Shown in pieces: positions 20,239-29,145 of a DNA stretch of 64,000 nucleotides. The stretch comes from Bdellovibrionota bacterium (GTDB lineage Bacteria; Bdellovibrionota_C; UBA2361; JAFLCA01), in NCBI GenBank assembly GCA_041907145.1, contig JAYRHW010000158.1, positions 9,399 through 73,398 of the forward strand, written 5' to 3'. Below the pieces are notes generated by a model, which made no database searches, had not been told where the DNA came from, and saw only the letters and a list, made by a program, of their open reading frames with translations. A program made the position numbers and the translations under genes. Position 1 is the first letter of the stretch, and every line of letters begins with the position of its first letter.

Positions 20239-21264
20239 ATGTCTCTACTTCCCTCCCGGCTCAACCGGGAGATTCTTTCATTTTGTCTGGCACTGCTCCT
20301 GCCCGGGATTGCAGCTGCAAGCCCGGGAAACTCCGGGCTCAGCGATATACTTTTCCCGCGCCGGCCGATTAATACCTCTATAACGGGCATCAATGCCTTC
20401 GTAAACGATCCACAATTCGGGTCTATTCGCTCGCAGTTCCAAGAAGTGAAGGGCGTCCTGCGTTTAAAATATATGCGAGTGCTGTTCGCCTGGGATGATA
20501 ACGTCCAACCGACGCCAGGCTCGCGGGCAAATTTCTCCTTTTACGATGCCATCGCCAAAAACATTCCACGCGGCACTGAGGCACTGGTAATTCTCACCGG
20601 CGTTCCCTCTTGGATGCAGGACCCTGCAAATTGGGTTGACGGCGATCCGCGCAAAACATTCGTGCAACGCTGGGTAAAGAAGGTCGTTAACCGCTACCAA
20701 CGATATTCGTCCATCAAGGCGTTTCAAATTTGGAATGAGCCCAACGACTCCTCGAATACACGTAACGACTGGCTAGGCCTGACTGAATCACCGGCGAATT
20801 ACGTCGATATGCTTAGTCAGGCGTCATCCTTCATCAAATCGAAGAAGCGAGTGAAGAAGGTCGTGAATGCCGCTACGACTGCCATTAATCAGGGCTATCC
20901 CCGGGCACTAGACTACAATAAGGCGATGATAGAGGCCGGAGCGCAGTCCTTGGTAGATCGCTGGGCGATCCATTATTACGGCTCACAATACGAGAATGTA
21001 ATACGCCCTGATGGGGTGGGAGATTTCCTTAACGCACTGACGAAACCTATTTGGGTAACCGAATCAGGGGCCAAAGGCATCAACTCGCAGCGGGAGTACG
21101 TAGAACGTGCCTGGACGTTCTTGAAAGGCAGCGTACCGGGGATTTCCCGTTTCTATTTCTATCAATTTACCGAAAACACCGCTGCAGAGGAAACATACGG
21201 TCTGAGAAACCCCACCCCAGGCTTGAGCATTTCTGATTTGTATATTTATCTGCGCGATCGCTAA
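20239..21264 (+). CDS. secreted glycoside hydrolase, clan GH-A type (GH5/GH39-like)
   Basis: Signal peptide MSLLPSRLNREILSFCLALLLPGIAAA. Acid/base motif FQIWNEPN and a later VTESG nucleophile-like motif. Family not resolved. Confidence 0.55.
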   Translation: MSLLPSRLNREILSFCLALLLPGIAAASPGNSGLSDILFPRRPINTSITGINAFVNDPQFGSIRSQFQEVKGVLRLKYMRVLFAWDDNVQPTPGSRANFSFYDAIAKNIPRGTEALVILTGVPSWMQDPANWVDGDPRKTFVQRWVKKVVNRYQRYSSIKAFQIWNEPNDSSNTRNDWLGLTESPANYVDMLSQASSFIKSKKRVKKVVNAATTAINQGYPRALDYNKAMIEAGAQSLVDRWAIHYYGSQYENVIRPDGVGDFLNALTKPIWVTESGAKGINSQREYVERAWTFLKGSVPGISRFYFYQFTENTAAEETYGLRNPTPGLSISDLYIYLRDR

Positions 21265-21273
21265 GAGGCCGCG

Positions 21274-21735
21274 CTAGAACGGGCGCGGCAGCCGCGGCAC
21301 TGCCGGGCCTGCGTCCTTGCCGCCCCCGGACTTGCCGCCCTTGGCAGAAGTCGCTTCATCTTCATGCCCCACACGCGGAGCGTTCGGATTGAATCCCGGC
21401 TGCGTCGCTGAGCCAGGACCAAACCCCTGACCAAGCTGTACATTAGGGTTGCTATATTTGGTGCCGGAACCCAGCCCAGGCCCACGATTGAGCCCTGTTG
21501 AAGCTTTTGCATCTGAATTTTGATTCCCGGAGAATTTCTTGGCCATTTCGTTAATGGCCTTCTCGTCTTCTTCACGCTGTTGGCGCTGAAGCTCCATGCG
21601 CTCTTCGCGTCGCTGCTTCTCCAGCTTTTCCTCTCGCTTTTTTTTCTCGCGAGCTTGAGCATCCGCGCGCCGACGTGCCTCTGCTTCAGCGGCCCTGCGG
21701 GCTGCCGGCGAGTTCGGGTCATCTAGAAAGCCCAT
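21274..21735 (-). CDS. hypothetical charged/disordered protein
   Basis: Start at ATG 21735 (MGFLDD). Highly charged K/R/E helix (AEAEARRRADAQAREKKKREEKLEKQRREERMELQRQQREEDEK) followed by a G/P/N-rich tail. Confidence 0.45.
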   Translation of the reverse strand: MGFLDDPNSPAARRAAEAEARRRADAQAREKKKREEKLEKQRREERMELQRQQREEDEKAINEMAKKFSGNQNSDAKASTGLNRGPGLGSGTKYSNPNVQLGQGFGPGSATQPGFNPNAPRVGHEDEATSAKGGKSGGGKDAGPAVPRLPRPF

Positions 21736-21852
21736 GCCAATCCCCCTCGGTAGATCATTGAATCCACATAGATAGTTATGAGGAGCTGGAGCCCGGATGA
21801 GGCATAAATCCCCTATCAACCGATAATAGTAATACTAGCACGACGCGGGGGA

Positions 21853-22557
21853 ATGCCGTACACTGTCGAGATACTAGCGGGATTACCAATGACGGCCTCA
21901 ATCACATTCCAACTCGATCAAAGCCTCTACCTGCGCAACCCAGAGGAGACAGCCCTCGGTAAAAGCATCATCTCCAGTTCCATCGTGATGCTGGATGAGA
22001 TGGGTTACGACGCCTTTACCTTCAAAAAGCTCGCTGACCGCATCAAGTCTACCGAGGCTTCCGTGTACCGCTACTTTGGGAACAAGCATCAGCTGCTCTG
22101 TTATCTCGTTTGCTGGTACTGGCTATGGCTGGAATATTTAATCGGCGTACGCACAAGAAATGTCAGCGATCCCAGACGGCAACTTGAACTTGCCATCTCC
22201 GCATTACTCGAAGCGGATCAAGACGATCCTAATGTGCAGCATATCGACGAAGGCTTGCTGCACCGGGTGGTCATCGCGGAGTCCGCGCGGGTATATATGA
22301 CCCGCGCCGCGGGAGAAAGTCAGCCCCGAGGGATATTAGCCGGCTATGACGCCTTGTGCAGCAGGCTCACCGACATGATTAAGGCCCTCGATCCCAAGTA
22401 CAAATTTCCACGTGAACTCATGGAGACATTGCTGCTCAGTGCTCACAACCAGATCTTTACCCTGTACAAAAATCAAGATCGCAAGGCAAAACGAGGCGAC
22501 CACAGGGCCACCGAAATGTTCTTGGGGAATTTAGTCTTCACTTCGCTCGACTGTTAG
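21853..22557 (+). CDS. TetR-family transcriptional regulator
   Basis: N-terminal HTH: GYDAFTFKKLADRIKSTEASVYRYFGNKHQLL. Confidence 0.85.
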   Translation: MPYTVEILAGLPMTASITFQLDQSLYLRNPEETALGKSIISSSIVMLDEMGYDAFTFKKLADRIKSTEASVYRYFGNKHQLLCYLVCWYWLWLEYLIGVRTRNVSDPRRQLELAISALLEADQDDPNVQHIDEGLLHRVVIAESARVYMTRAAGESQPRGILAGYDALCSRLTDMIKALDPKYKFPRELMETLLLSAHNQIFTLYKNQDRKAKRGDHRATEMFLGNLVFTSLDC

Positions 22558-22642
22558 ACTCTTACGGCGAAAGTTTATCTCTAAAACGGACAGCACCGCA
22601 TAGCTTGATTAAGCTCTGGCTAGCCCCCATAATCTCTGTCCT

Positions 22643-23404
22643 ATGCAGGTAACATTCGAACAGTCCGTCGACAAGCTTCCGGAGACGGTTGCGGCCCCGA
22701 CCCATTTTACCCTGCCTCCACTGCCCAACTCCCCGCTCACCCGGGTCGAGCGCACTTGGAATGAAGCCGGTCAGCTTTCTGTTCATATATACACTCCCTC
22801 GCTTCACGTGCGCTCAGTCACCCGCCAGGATGCGGAGGAACTCTATCGGCACGTGTACGGCTCAGCCGAGGTAATGGATAAGTTTCAGAATGGGGATCCT
22901 TGGACAAGCGAGCGCTTCACCAAAAGACTGGAAACATGGGTTGCCCGCTGGGAGCACGGCGATCCCTTCAGCGCGTTTTCAGTCAGAACTCGAGACGAAG
23001 CTTTCGTAGGCGTAGCGGTCATGGGTCACGGTTCCATCCCAGGGCGCTCGGAGCTGGCTTTTGCAGTTAGAAAGTCGTGCTGGGGGCAAGGCTACGGGAA
23101 GGAAGCCATGCGAGCGATAGTTGAAAAGTTCGCTACTCTTCTGCGTTCGGAAAATACAACGGTGGAAGGCGAAGCATTCAGGATCGTGGAAGCAACCGTT
23201 CGAGATGATAATCTTCCAAGCGTAAATATATTGGACTCGCTGGGGATGGAACAAAGCCCCGGAGACTCGGGCTTAGCTGCCACCGCCGCGCAGTACGACA
23301 GAATGCGCCGACTTTACGTCGGTGCGGTGCATCCGTCTCAGGCGCCGCTCTGCGATATCGCAATCGATAGTCAAAATTTGCAAGTCATCGAGCACTACTT
23401 ATAG
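22643..23404 (+). CDS. GNAT-family N-acetyltransferase (RimJ/RimL-like)
   Basis: Acetyl-CoA loop region ELAFAVRKSCWGQGYGKEAMRAIVEKF. Confidence 0.7.
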   Translation: MQVTFEQSVDKLPETVAAPTHFTLPPLPNSPLTRVERTWNEAGQLSVHIYTPSLHVRSVTRQDAEELYRHVYGSAEVMDKFQNGDPWTSERFTKRLETWVARWEHGDPFSAFSVRTRDEAFVGVAVMGHGSIPGRSELAFAVRKSCWGQGYGKEAMRAIVEKFATLLRSENTTVEGEAFRIVEATVRDDNLPSVNILDSLGMEQSPGDSGLAATAAQYDRMRRLYVGAVHPSQAPLCDIAIDSQNLQVIEHYL

Positions 23405-23414
23405 GCGACCGGAG

Positions 23415-23837
23415 CTAGTCCTCGGACCCAAGGCCAACCCTTCCACGTCCTTGCTTCTTCTGCGCAGTCTTTGCCTTATCTCTGAGCATCTTCTCTTTGG
23501 CCTTGCGGGAGCGTCGGCGCTTTTGCCGTCGGATCTTCTCCCGCGCCTGTTCCTCTGTACTTTGCTTCCCGAGCGCAAGGGCCTCAAGCCGATCGCAGAG
23601 CAGACGGCGAGCAAAAAAGCGATTCATGGATTGTGAGCGCTCCCTCTGACAGCGTACTTCGATGCCGCTCGGACAATGCTTAATCTGCACGCAGGATGAC
23701 GTCTTATTTATCTTCTGTCCCCCACTGCCGGAACCTCGAATAAAAGACTCCTCCAGATCTTCCTCGCGAATTCCGAGCCTCGCCATACGCGCGACAAGCT
23801 CGAGTTCCTTTTCAGGAGAAACTCCAAACCTACCCAC
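23415..23837 (-). CDS. RF-1-domain GGQ protein (ArfB/ICT1-like peptidyl-tRNA hydrolase)
   Basis: GSGSGGQKINKTSSCVQIKH plus a basic C-terminal tail. Start placed at GTG 23837, which overlaps the DTW gene stop as GTGGGTAG and gives 140 aa. The track start (TTG 23933) would overlap the upstream gene by 104 nt. Confidence 0.7.
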   Translation of the reverse strand: MGRFGVSPEKELELVARMARLGIREEDLEESFIRGSGSGGQKINKTSSCVQIKHCPSGIEVRCQRERSQSMNRFFARRLLCDRLEALALGKQSTEEQAREKIRRQKRRRSRKAKEKMLRDKAKTAQKKQGRGRVGLGSED

Positions 23838-24519
23838 GGCGCCTGCCTCCGCGAAAGCGGCGCTGCCTGCCCTTTCCAGCTCGGCGCGGGGGACGGTAGC
23901 CGCTTGCCCGAACACGATCGAGGAACTTATCAAAGAGCGTCGTTAGATCTTCTTGAATTACGGGATTTCTCTCCAAAACCGCCAGCGCTAACGCGGCAGC
24001 TTCAAGTGTCGAGACCGATTCATGGCGCGGCTCCTTTCGCAGCTCCCCATAGCGCGAGCGCCCTTCCGGCACGACCAGGGCACGCTGAAGTTTTAGCAGC
24101 CAGGCATTTCGCCACCAAAGAGTCTTTGCCTGACTCCAGGTTCCATCAAGAACCACGATACCCTTCACGAAGCCCCAGCCGCCTTTGGGCGCTGGCAGGA
24201 CATTTCCATCCTTGGACACAAGCACCAACCCCGGAGCAGCAGTTTGCTCCAATTTTGCACTGCCGAGATACAGCACCAGCCATTCCTTGGGGTTGGCCTC
24301 CTCGCCGAGGGCGTGCCCCAAATTTCGCCACGACAATCCTACTTTCAGAACCGAATGAGGCAGTGAGCGATGCAACAATATCGCCGAGTTAATTTCCTTA
24401 TCGGGCTCTTGAGGGTGCTGAAGAATGAGCACCCGAGTCCTCGCTGCCAGCGGGCGCAACAAATCGCAGATGCAGCGCGCCTGGGACTTTTCACACTTCG
24501 AACACAGCTCTTGATCCAT
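23830..24519 (-). CDS. DTW-domain protein (tRNA-uridine aminocarboxypropyltransferase-like)
   Basis: N-terminal CSKCEKSQARCIC zinc-type cluster, LILQHPQE, and the DTW motif VVLDGTWSQAKTLW. Confidence 0.8.
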   Translation of the reverse strand: MDQELCSKCEKSQARCICDLLRPLAARTRVLILQHPQEPDKEINSAILLHRSLPHSVLKVGLSWRNLGHALGEEANPKEWLVLYLGSAKLEQTAAPGLVLVSKDGNVLPAPKGGWGFVKGIVVLDGTWSQAKTLWWRNAWLLKLQRALVVPEGRSRYGELRKEPRHESVSTLEAAALALAVLERNPVIQEDLTTLFDKFLDRVRASGYRPPRRAGKGRQRRFRGGRRRG

Positions 24520-24577
24520 AGTGGGAAGAGGCTACCATGGAGCCCGGGTTTGGTCGATTTCTATAACCAGGACGAAA

Positions 24578-25156
24578 ATGCCGAAAGAACGTGCTCGATG
24601 TTGGTGGTGTGGCACTGATCCGCTCTATGTATCCTATCATGATGAGGAGTGGGGAGTCCCCTTGCATGACGATGATCGGCTCTTTGAGATGCTCCTACTC
24701 GAGGGCTTTCAGGCAGGCTTGAGCTGGATCACGATTCTGCGTAAACGCGAAAACTTCCGCAAAGCCTTCAAGAAGTTCAATGCCAAGAAAATCGCTAAAT
24801 TCACGGCCGCGGACATCAAGCGTTTGATGAACGATGCCGGCATTATTCGTAACCGGCTAAAAATCAAAGCCGCAATCACGAACGCAAAGGCATATCTCAA
24901 GGTCAAAGAAGAATTCGGCAGCTTCAATGCCTATCTTTGGCAATTCACGGGTCATAAAACTTTACGGCACCCTCGCGGCCGCACCAAGCACACTATGCAA
25001 GCTACTTCGCCGGAATCGGACGCTATGTCGAAGGATTTAAAGATGCGGGGCTTTAAATTCGTAGGCTCTACGGTCTGCTATGCCCATATGCAGGCCACGG
25101 GCATGGTCGACGATCATGTTGAAGGCTGCTTTCGGTACAAGAAGCGGAGGAAGTAG
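24578..25156 (+). CDS. tag: DNA-3-methyladenine glycosylase I
   Basis: CWWCGTDPLYVSYHDEEWGVPLHDDDRLFEMLLLEGFQAGLSWITIL. Start at ATG 24578. Confidence 0.9.
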   Translation: MPKERARCWWCGTDPLYVSYHDEEWGVPLHDDDRLFEMLLLEGFQAGLSWITILRKRENFRKAFKKFNAKKIAKFTAADIKRLMNDAGIIRNRLKIKAAITNAKAYLKVKEEFGSFNAYLWQFTGHKTLRHPRGRTKHTMQATSPESDAMSKDLKMRGFKFVGSTVCYAHMQATGMVDDHVEGCFRYKKRRK

Positions 25157-25179
25157 CCAGAACCGATCCCGGATGCGCT

Positions 25180-25536
25180 TCAATTTTTGAAATGTGTCGT
25201 GCTCAGCATCTCGCGCATTTCGAGCGTCATGGAACAAGAGATCTCGCGGCTCGAGATAGGAAAGAATTGCTTCAACAAGGCAAAGGCCCGCTCTCCTAGG
25301 TCTTTCCGTATTTCCTCCGACCGGCCCGATATGAGCGCAATCTGTAGATAAACAAAAGAACTGCGGGGCGAGCCCTCCGCGACATAATAACTATCATGCC
25401 TGATCCAGCGACTCTTTAGTCTGGCTCGGTCGATATGTCCCGAGGCTGAAAGCGCCTCATGGAGCTGCGAGAAAAACGCGGGAAAATCAACCTTATCTGG
25501 GATATTAGCTGAGTATTCTAGTATGCAGTGCGGCAT
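25180..25536 (-). CDS. 5-carboxymethyl-2-hydroxymuconate isomerase-family (tautomerase-like) protein
   Basis: MPHCILEYSANI N-terminus with catalytic Pro after Met, ~118 aa, collinear with HpcD/HpaF-type proteins. Confidence 0.7.
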   Translation of the reverse strand: MPHCILEYSANIPDKVDFPAFFSQLHEALSASGHIDRARLKSRWIRHDSYYVAEGSPRSSFVYLQIALISGRSEEIRKDLGERAFALLKQFFPISSREISCSMTLEMREMLSTTHFKN

Positions 25537-25637
25537 AGGTAACCTGTGGTTTAGGCCGGAACTAGTGTATCCCGCAGACAGTAGAGGTCAACGTCCGCCC
25601 GTGCTATACAGTTCGAGTATTAGAATTTGGGAAACTC

Positions 25638-27149
25638 ATGGAAGCTCAGTCCGAAACTACGCAGGAACCTGCCACTACGAAGTCTTTTAAGGAAATAGTC
25701 ACCAATTCCGCGGTATTGGCGGCCTTGGAGAAGCTCAAAATCACCATCCCGACGCCCGTTCAGGCCGCCGCCATCCCCTGCGCTCTTTCGGGAAAGGATA
25801 TTATCGTTCAGGCCAAGACAGGCAGCGGCAAAACGTTAGCCTTCGTGCTGCCCCTGCTCTCCCACTTAGAGCGCACCACTGACCAGCGCTCAACCTTCGC
25901 GCTGATTGTTACCCCAACCCGCGAACTGGCCAACCAAATTTGCGCCGTTATTGCATCCGTAACCGACAAGGTCTCGCCTTGTTGCCTGATTGGAGGCGCG
26001 AGCATGAGAGATCAAGAGGAAGCACTCAACCGCGATCACCGCGTGATCGTGGGCACGCCGGGGCGCATTCAGGACTTCATCCGGCAGCGGCTGATCTTGC
26101 TCCGTCGAGTGCAGTACTTCGTACTCGACGAGGCGGATGAAATGCTCTCGATGGGATTCCTAGAAGAGGTGCGCGCAATTCTCTCGCGATTACCCGACCG
26201 GCGTCAGGGCCTTTTCGTCAGCGCCACCATCACGCCTCGCGTTGAGATGCTGGCGAATAGCTTTCTGACCAAGCCAGAGCGCATCATCATCAATACACCT
26301 GGCGAGGAGCGGGCCCCCATCGAGCATCTATACTGCGAAGTCACGAATGAAATTACCGCGAAGGCCAACGCAGTTTGCGATCTCATCGAAACTCAGCGTC
26401 CGCGCTCAACGGTCATATTCTGCAATACCAAATCGGATACCGAATTGGTTGAAGTATTCCTGCGCCGCCGCGGCTTCAACGCTCGCCGCCTGAATTCTGA
26501 TTTGCCGCAGCGTGAGCGCGACCTGATCATGGCTGCGATTCGTGCCGGAGAACTTGAGATTCTGATAGCCACGGATATTGCGGCTCGCGGCCTCGATATC
26601 GAGCATATCGATTTGGTCTTTAATTATGCGATACCCGAAGAGTCGGAAGTTTACGTTCATCGCACGGGTAGAACCGGCCGCGCCGGACGTTCCGGCCGCG
26701 CCATCAGTTTGATTGGACCGCAGGATTTTACTGCCTTTCAGAGTCTCAAGCGCTTCCTGAGCTTTGAATTGACAAAACTTGCTCTGCCGAGCGAGGAAGA
26801 TGTCCTCAATGCCCGCCTGGCTCACTTTTACGAGATTGTCCGCCAAGAAGAGATTGAAGTGCAGCAAAAGGAACTCGTGCTCGCCAGGAAGCTGCTGTTG
26901 GAGCTGGGGAATATTGAGGAACCCAGCGAAGAATTTACGATCATGATCGCCAAACTCTGCCGCTTCACCATCGAGCATTGCGTGCGACAGGATGCAAAAG
27001 CTCAAACTGCCGCTCCTGAACCTGCTCCCCAGCAGCGCGAGGAGCGCCGCCGGGATGACGACGGGCGAGGTCGAGGAGACCGAGGCCGCCGCGGTGACCA
27101 CCGAGGAGATTCTCGCGGACGCGGGCGTGGAGGCCGGGATAGGCGTTAA
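25638..27149 (+). CDS. DEAD-box ATP-dependent RNA helicase with RG/RD-rich C-terminal tail
   Basis: Q motif (TPVQAAAIP), AKTGSGKT, PTRELA, TPGR, VLDEADEM, SAT, ARGLD, HRTGRTGRAG. Tail REERRRDDDGRGRGDRGRRGDHRGDSRGRGRGGRDRR. Confidence 0.9.
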   Translation: MEAQSETTQEPATTKSFKEIVTNSAVLAALEKLKITIPTPVQAAAIPCALSGKDIIVQAKTGSGKTLAFVLPLLSHLERTTDQRSTFALIVTPTRELANQICAVIASVTDKVSPCCLIGGASMRDQEEALNRDHRVIVGTPGRIQDFIRQRLILLRRVQYFVLDEADEMLSMGFLEEVRAILSRLPDRRQGLFVSATITPRVEMLANSFLTKPERIIINTPGEERAPIEHLYCEVTNEITAKANAVCDLIETQRPRSTVIFCNTKSDTELVEVFLRRRGFNARRLNSDLPQRERDLIMAAIRAGELEILIATDIAARGLDIEHIDLVFNYAIPEESEVYVHRTGRTGRAGRSGRAISLIGPQDFTAFQSLKRFLSFELTKLALPSEEDVLNARLAHFYEIVRQEEIEVQQKELVLARKLLLELGNIEEPSEEFTIMIAKLCRFTIEHCVRQDAKAQTAAPEPAPQQREERRRDDDGRGRGDRGRRGDHRGDSRGRGRGGRDRR

Positions 27150-27219
27150 CGGCTCTCATTTGTGCACTAGCAGCCTGTAGGATATATATTCGTTCTCGTC
27201 ATATTTCGAGGGCACCAGC

Positions 27220-27636
27220 ATGAAAGCACTATTCTCTGCAGTTATAGTCAGCGCCACATTGATGATGACCGGCTGTGTGAAGGAGCCGGAGGGTCCGGCC
27301 GAGCGCATTGGCCGCTCTATCGACGAGATGAGCAAAGGCATTCGAGATTTGGGCAACGACTGGGACAAGGACAGCCAGCGTGACATCGATTCTCGGGATC
27401 AGAATAGCCGCGATCGGTATGACAGCTCACGAAGCTCCGACTATTCTCGAGACCGAGACTCGTCTCAAGACCGAAACCTGGGAGACGGCTATTCCCGCAA
27501 TCGAGATATCCCCGATCACGATCCCTACTACGATACCCCTCCCAGCGACCAAGCGAAGGATGACTGGGATCGCGAGCATGCCGCGCGGGTGCGAGCGAAA
27601 CGAGACAATTCGAAGAGAAACGATTATCGCTACTAG
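27220..27636 (+). CDS. lipoprotein with R/D/S-rich low-complexity region
   Basis: Lipobox LMMTGC. Mature part dominated by DSRDQNSRDRYDSSRSSDYSRDRDSSQDRNLGDGYSRNRD. Confidence 0.6.
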   Translation: MKALFSAVIVSATLMMTGCVKEPEGPAERIGRSIDEMSKGIRDLGNDWDKDSQRDIDSRDQNSRDRYDSSRSSDYSRDRDSSQDRNLGDGYSRNRDIPDHDPYYDTPPSDQAKDDWDREHAARVRAKRDNSKRNDYRY

Positions 27637-29141
27637 GAGCTGGAGTTCTCGGGCGTGGATGTTGCCCCGCAATTCTGCGAGGGTAGTTCTTCCTTGTGAG
27701 CAGCCCAGAAGTCCTGTTTAACAAAGACGCTATATCCGTCATCCTCCTCTCCGCTCCAGAATACCAAGCACCAATCTTGCTTCTGCAGCAGAATGGTGAC
27801 GAGCGGGCTGCCTGAGGGCCATAGCACCGTGCCGGGATTGACGGCATCGAAGTACTTCTGCCAGTTTCGTTTGCCGCTAAAAGCGTTCTCGAACTTATCG
27901 AAGACCTTGGGATCGTTGACGTTCGTGCGCCCGTCCACCGGCACTTGAAGCCCCGGATTCCCCGCAGCATCGCTATAGCGATACATCAGATACCCCCCGC
28001 GGCCGAAATCATTCAGTACGGGAAGCGGAAGCTGGTGCTTCTGCATGAAATCTACCGCGGCCACCGGCACAATGTCGGTATCGATAGGCTGGCGCCACGG
28101 CCTAACAACGTAGGTGATGGCCAAACAAATGCAAAGAAAACTGGCGCCCTCGCGCGGAATTTTTGCTACGCCAATCCGAAATCGCTCAACTGCCTCCGCA
28201 AGATTTCCCAGCGCCAGGCGGTCCGCTCGTTCGTTATGCCAAATCACGGCGATAACCGCTCCGATATAGATCGCGGCGAAGGGCAAGAATTTAACGATTG
28301 ATAAGCCGGCAGCGCAAAACAAGCCCACGACCGCTAGTTTGGCCAGCGACACGGATTTAGGGCGGAAGTGCAAGAAGGTCAGCAGCACGACCAAGGCAAT
28401 GATCAGAAATGCCGTGGAATACTGCATGATAGTTGCGGACTGGAATTCAGCGATATCCTGATGCTGGAAAGGGTGCCCTGTCTTCTTGATGAGCGTAATC
28501 CATTCACCGCCCAAGTAAGGAGTTACCAAGCTGCCTGCGAAAGCGCAGACCGAGGCAGTCATCGCCGTGCGCACGTTCCCCCTGCGCCAGAGCCAGCCAA
28601 AAACAGTCATCAAGGCCAAAGCGGCCGTCAGATGAGTGTTGGCCCAGAGAGTCATGATACAGAAGATTGCAGCATAACGACGCGGCGAGGGGCCCTCGCT
28701 ATCGATCTGCTCCGCTACCCATATCAGCCAAATGAAATAGATCCAAACCAGCGATTGTGGGCGCAGCGTGAAATGATTGAAGCAAGCGAGCGTTGCCCAG
28801 ATGCCAAGCAGCGCTCCGAAAAACCAATCCCGAGAAATCTTACCTAGGCAATAAAAGAGCGAGAAGGCGATTCCCAAAGCCATCGCAAGCTGCAGAACAA
28901 ACAAGCCCGATGGACCAAAGTGCGAATCAGTAGCGGCAAAGAGAATCTCGACGAGCCAGGAATATGCCCGCCAGGGCTGACCAGACGAAAACATATTCCA
29001 ATAATCGACATGCGGAATGGCGTGATTGGCGAGAATCCAGCGGCCGGCAGTGATATGCCACCAAAGATCTGGATCGATAACAGCGCCGCAGATATAGGCA
29101 CCGGTGAGCAGAACAAGCGAGAGCCAGAAAATGACTTTCAT
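27633..29141 (-). CDS. polytopic membrane protein, GT-C-like (putative glycosyltransferase)
   Basis: Start at ATG 29141 (MKVIFWLSL), since the longer track ORF would run into purC. More than 10 hydrophobic helices. Acidic first-loop motif VIDPDLWWH as in GT-C enzymes. Soluble C-terminal domain. Function is inferred only. Confidence 0.5.
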   Translation of the reverse strand: MKVIFWLSLVLLTGAYICGAVIDPDLWWHITAGRWILANHAIPHVDYWNMFSSGQPWRAYSWLVEILFAATDSHFGPSGLFVLQLAMALGIAFSLFYCLGKISRDWFFGALLGIWATLACFNHFTLRPQSLVWIYFIWLIWVAEQIDSEGPSPRRYAAIFCIMTLWANTHLTAALALMTVFGWLWRRGNVRTAMTASVCAFAGSLVTPYLGGEWITLIKKTGHPFQHQDIAEFQSATIMQYSTAFLIIALVVLLTFLHFRPKSVSLAKLAVVGLFCAAGLSIVKFLPFAAIYIGAVIAVIWHNERADRLALGNLAEAVERFRIGVAKIPREGASFLCICLAITYVVRPWRQPIDTDIVPVAAVDFMQKHQLPLPVLNDFGRGGYLMYRYSDAAGNPGLQVPVDGRTNVNDPKVFDKFENAFSGKRNWQKYFDAVNPGTVLWPSGSPLVTILLQKQDWCLVFWSGEEDDGYSVFVKQDFWAAHKEELPSQNCGATSTPENSSS

Positions 29142-29145
29142 TTCC

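Noticed and set aside
26406-27101. 231-aa minus-strand ORF antisense to the DEAD-box helicase
   Set aside because: It lies entirely within a gene that carries every helicase motif on the other strand and has no features of its own.
27631-27636. The convergent lipoprotein and GT-C-like genes share overlapping stop codons within the palindrome CTAG
   Set aside because: Real, but a trivial consequence of tight convergent packing. There is no evidence of regulatory meaning.
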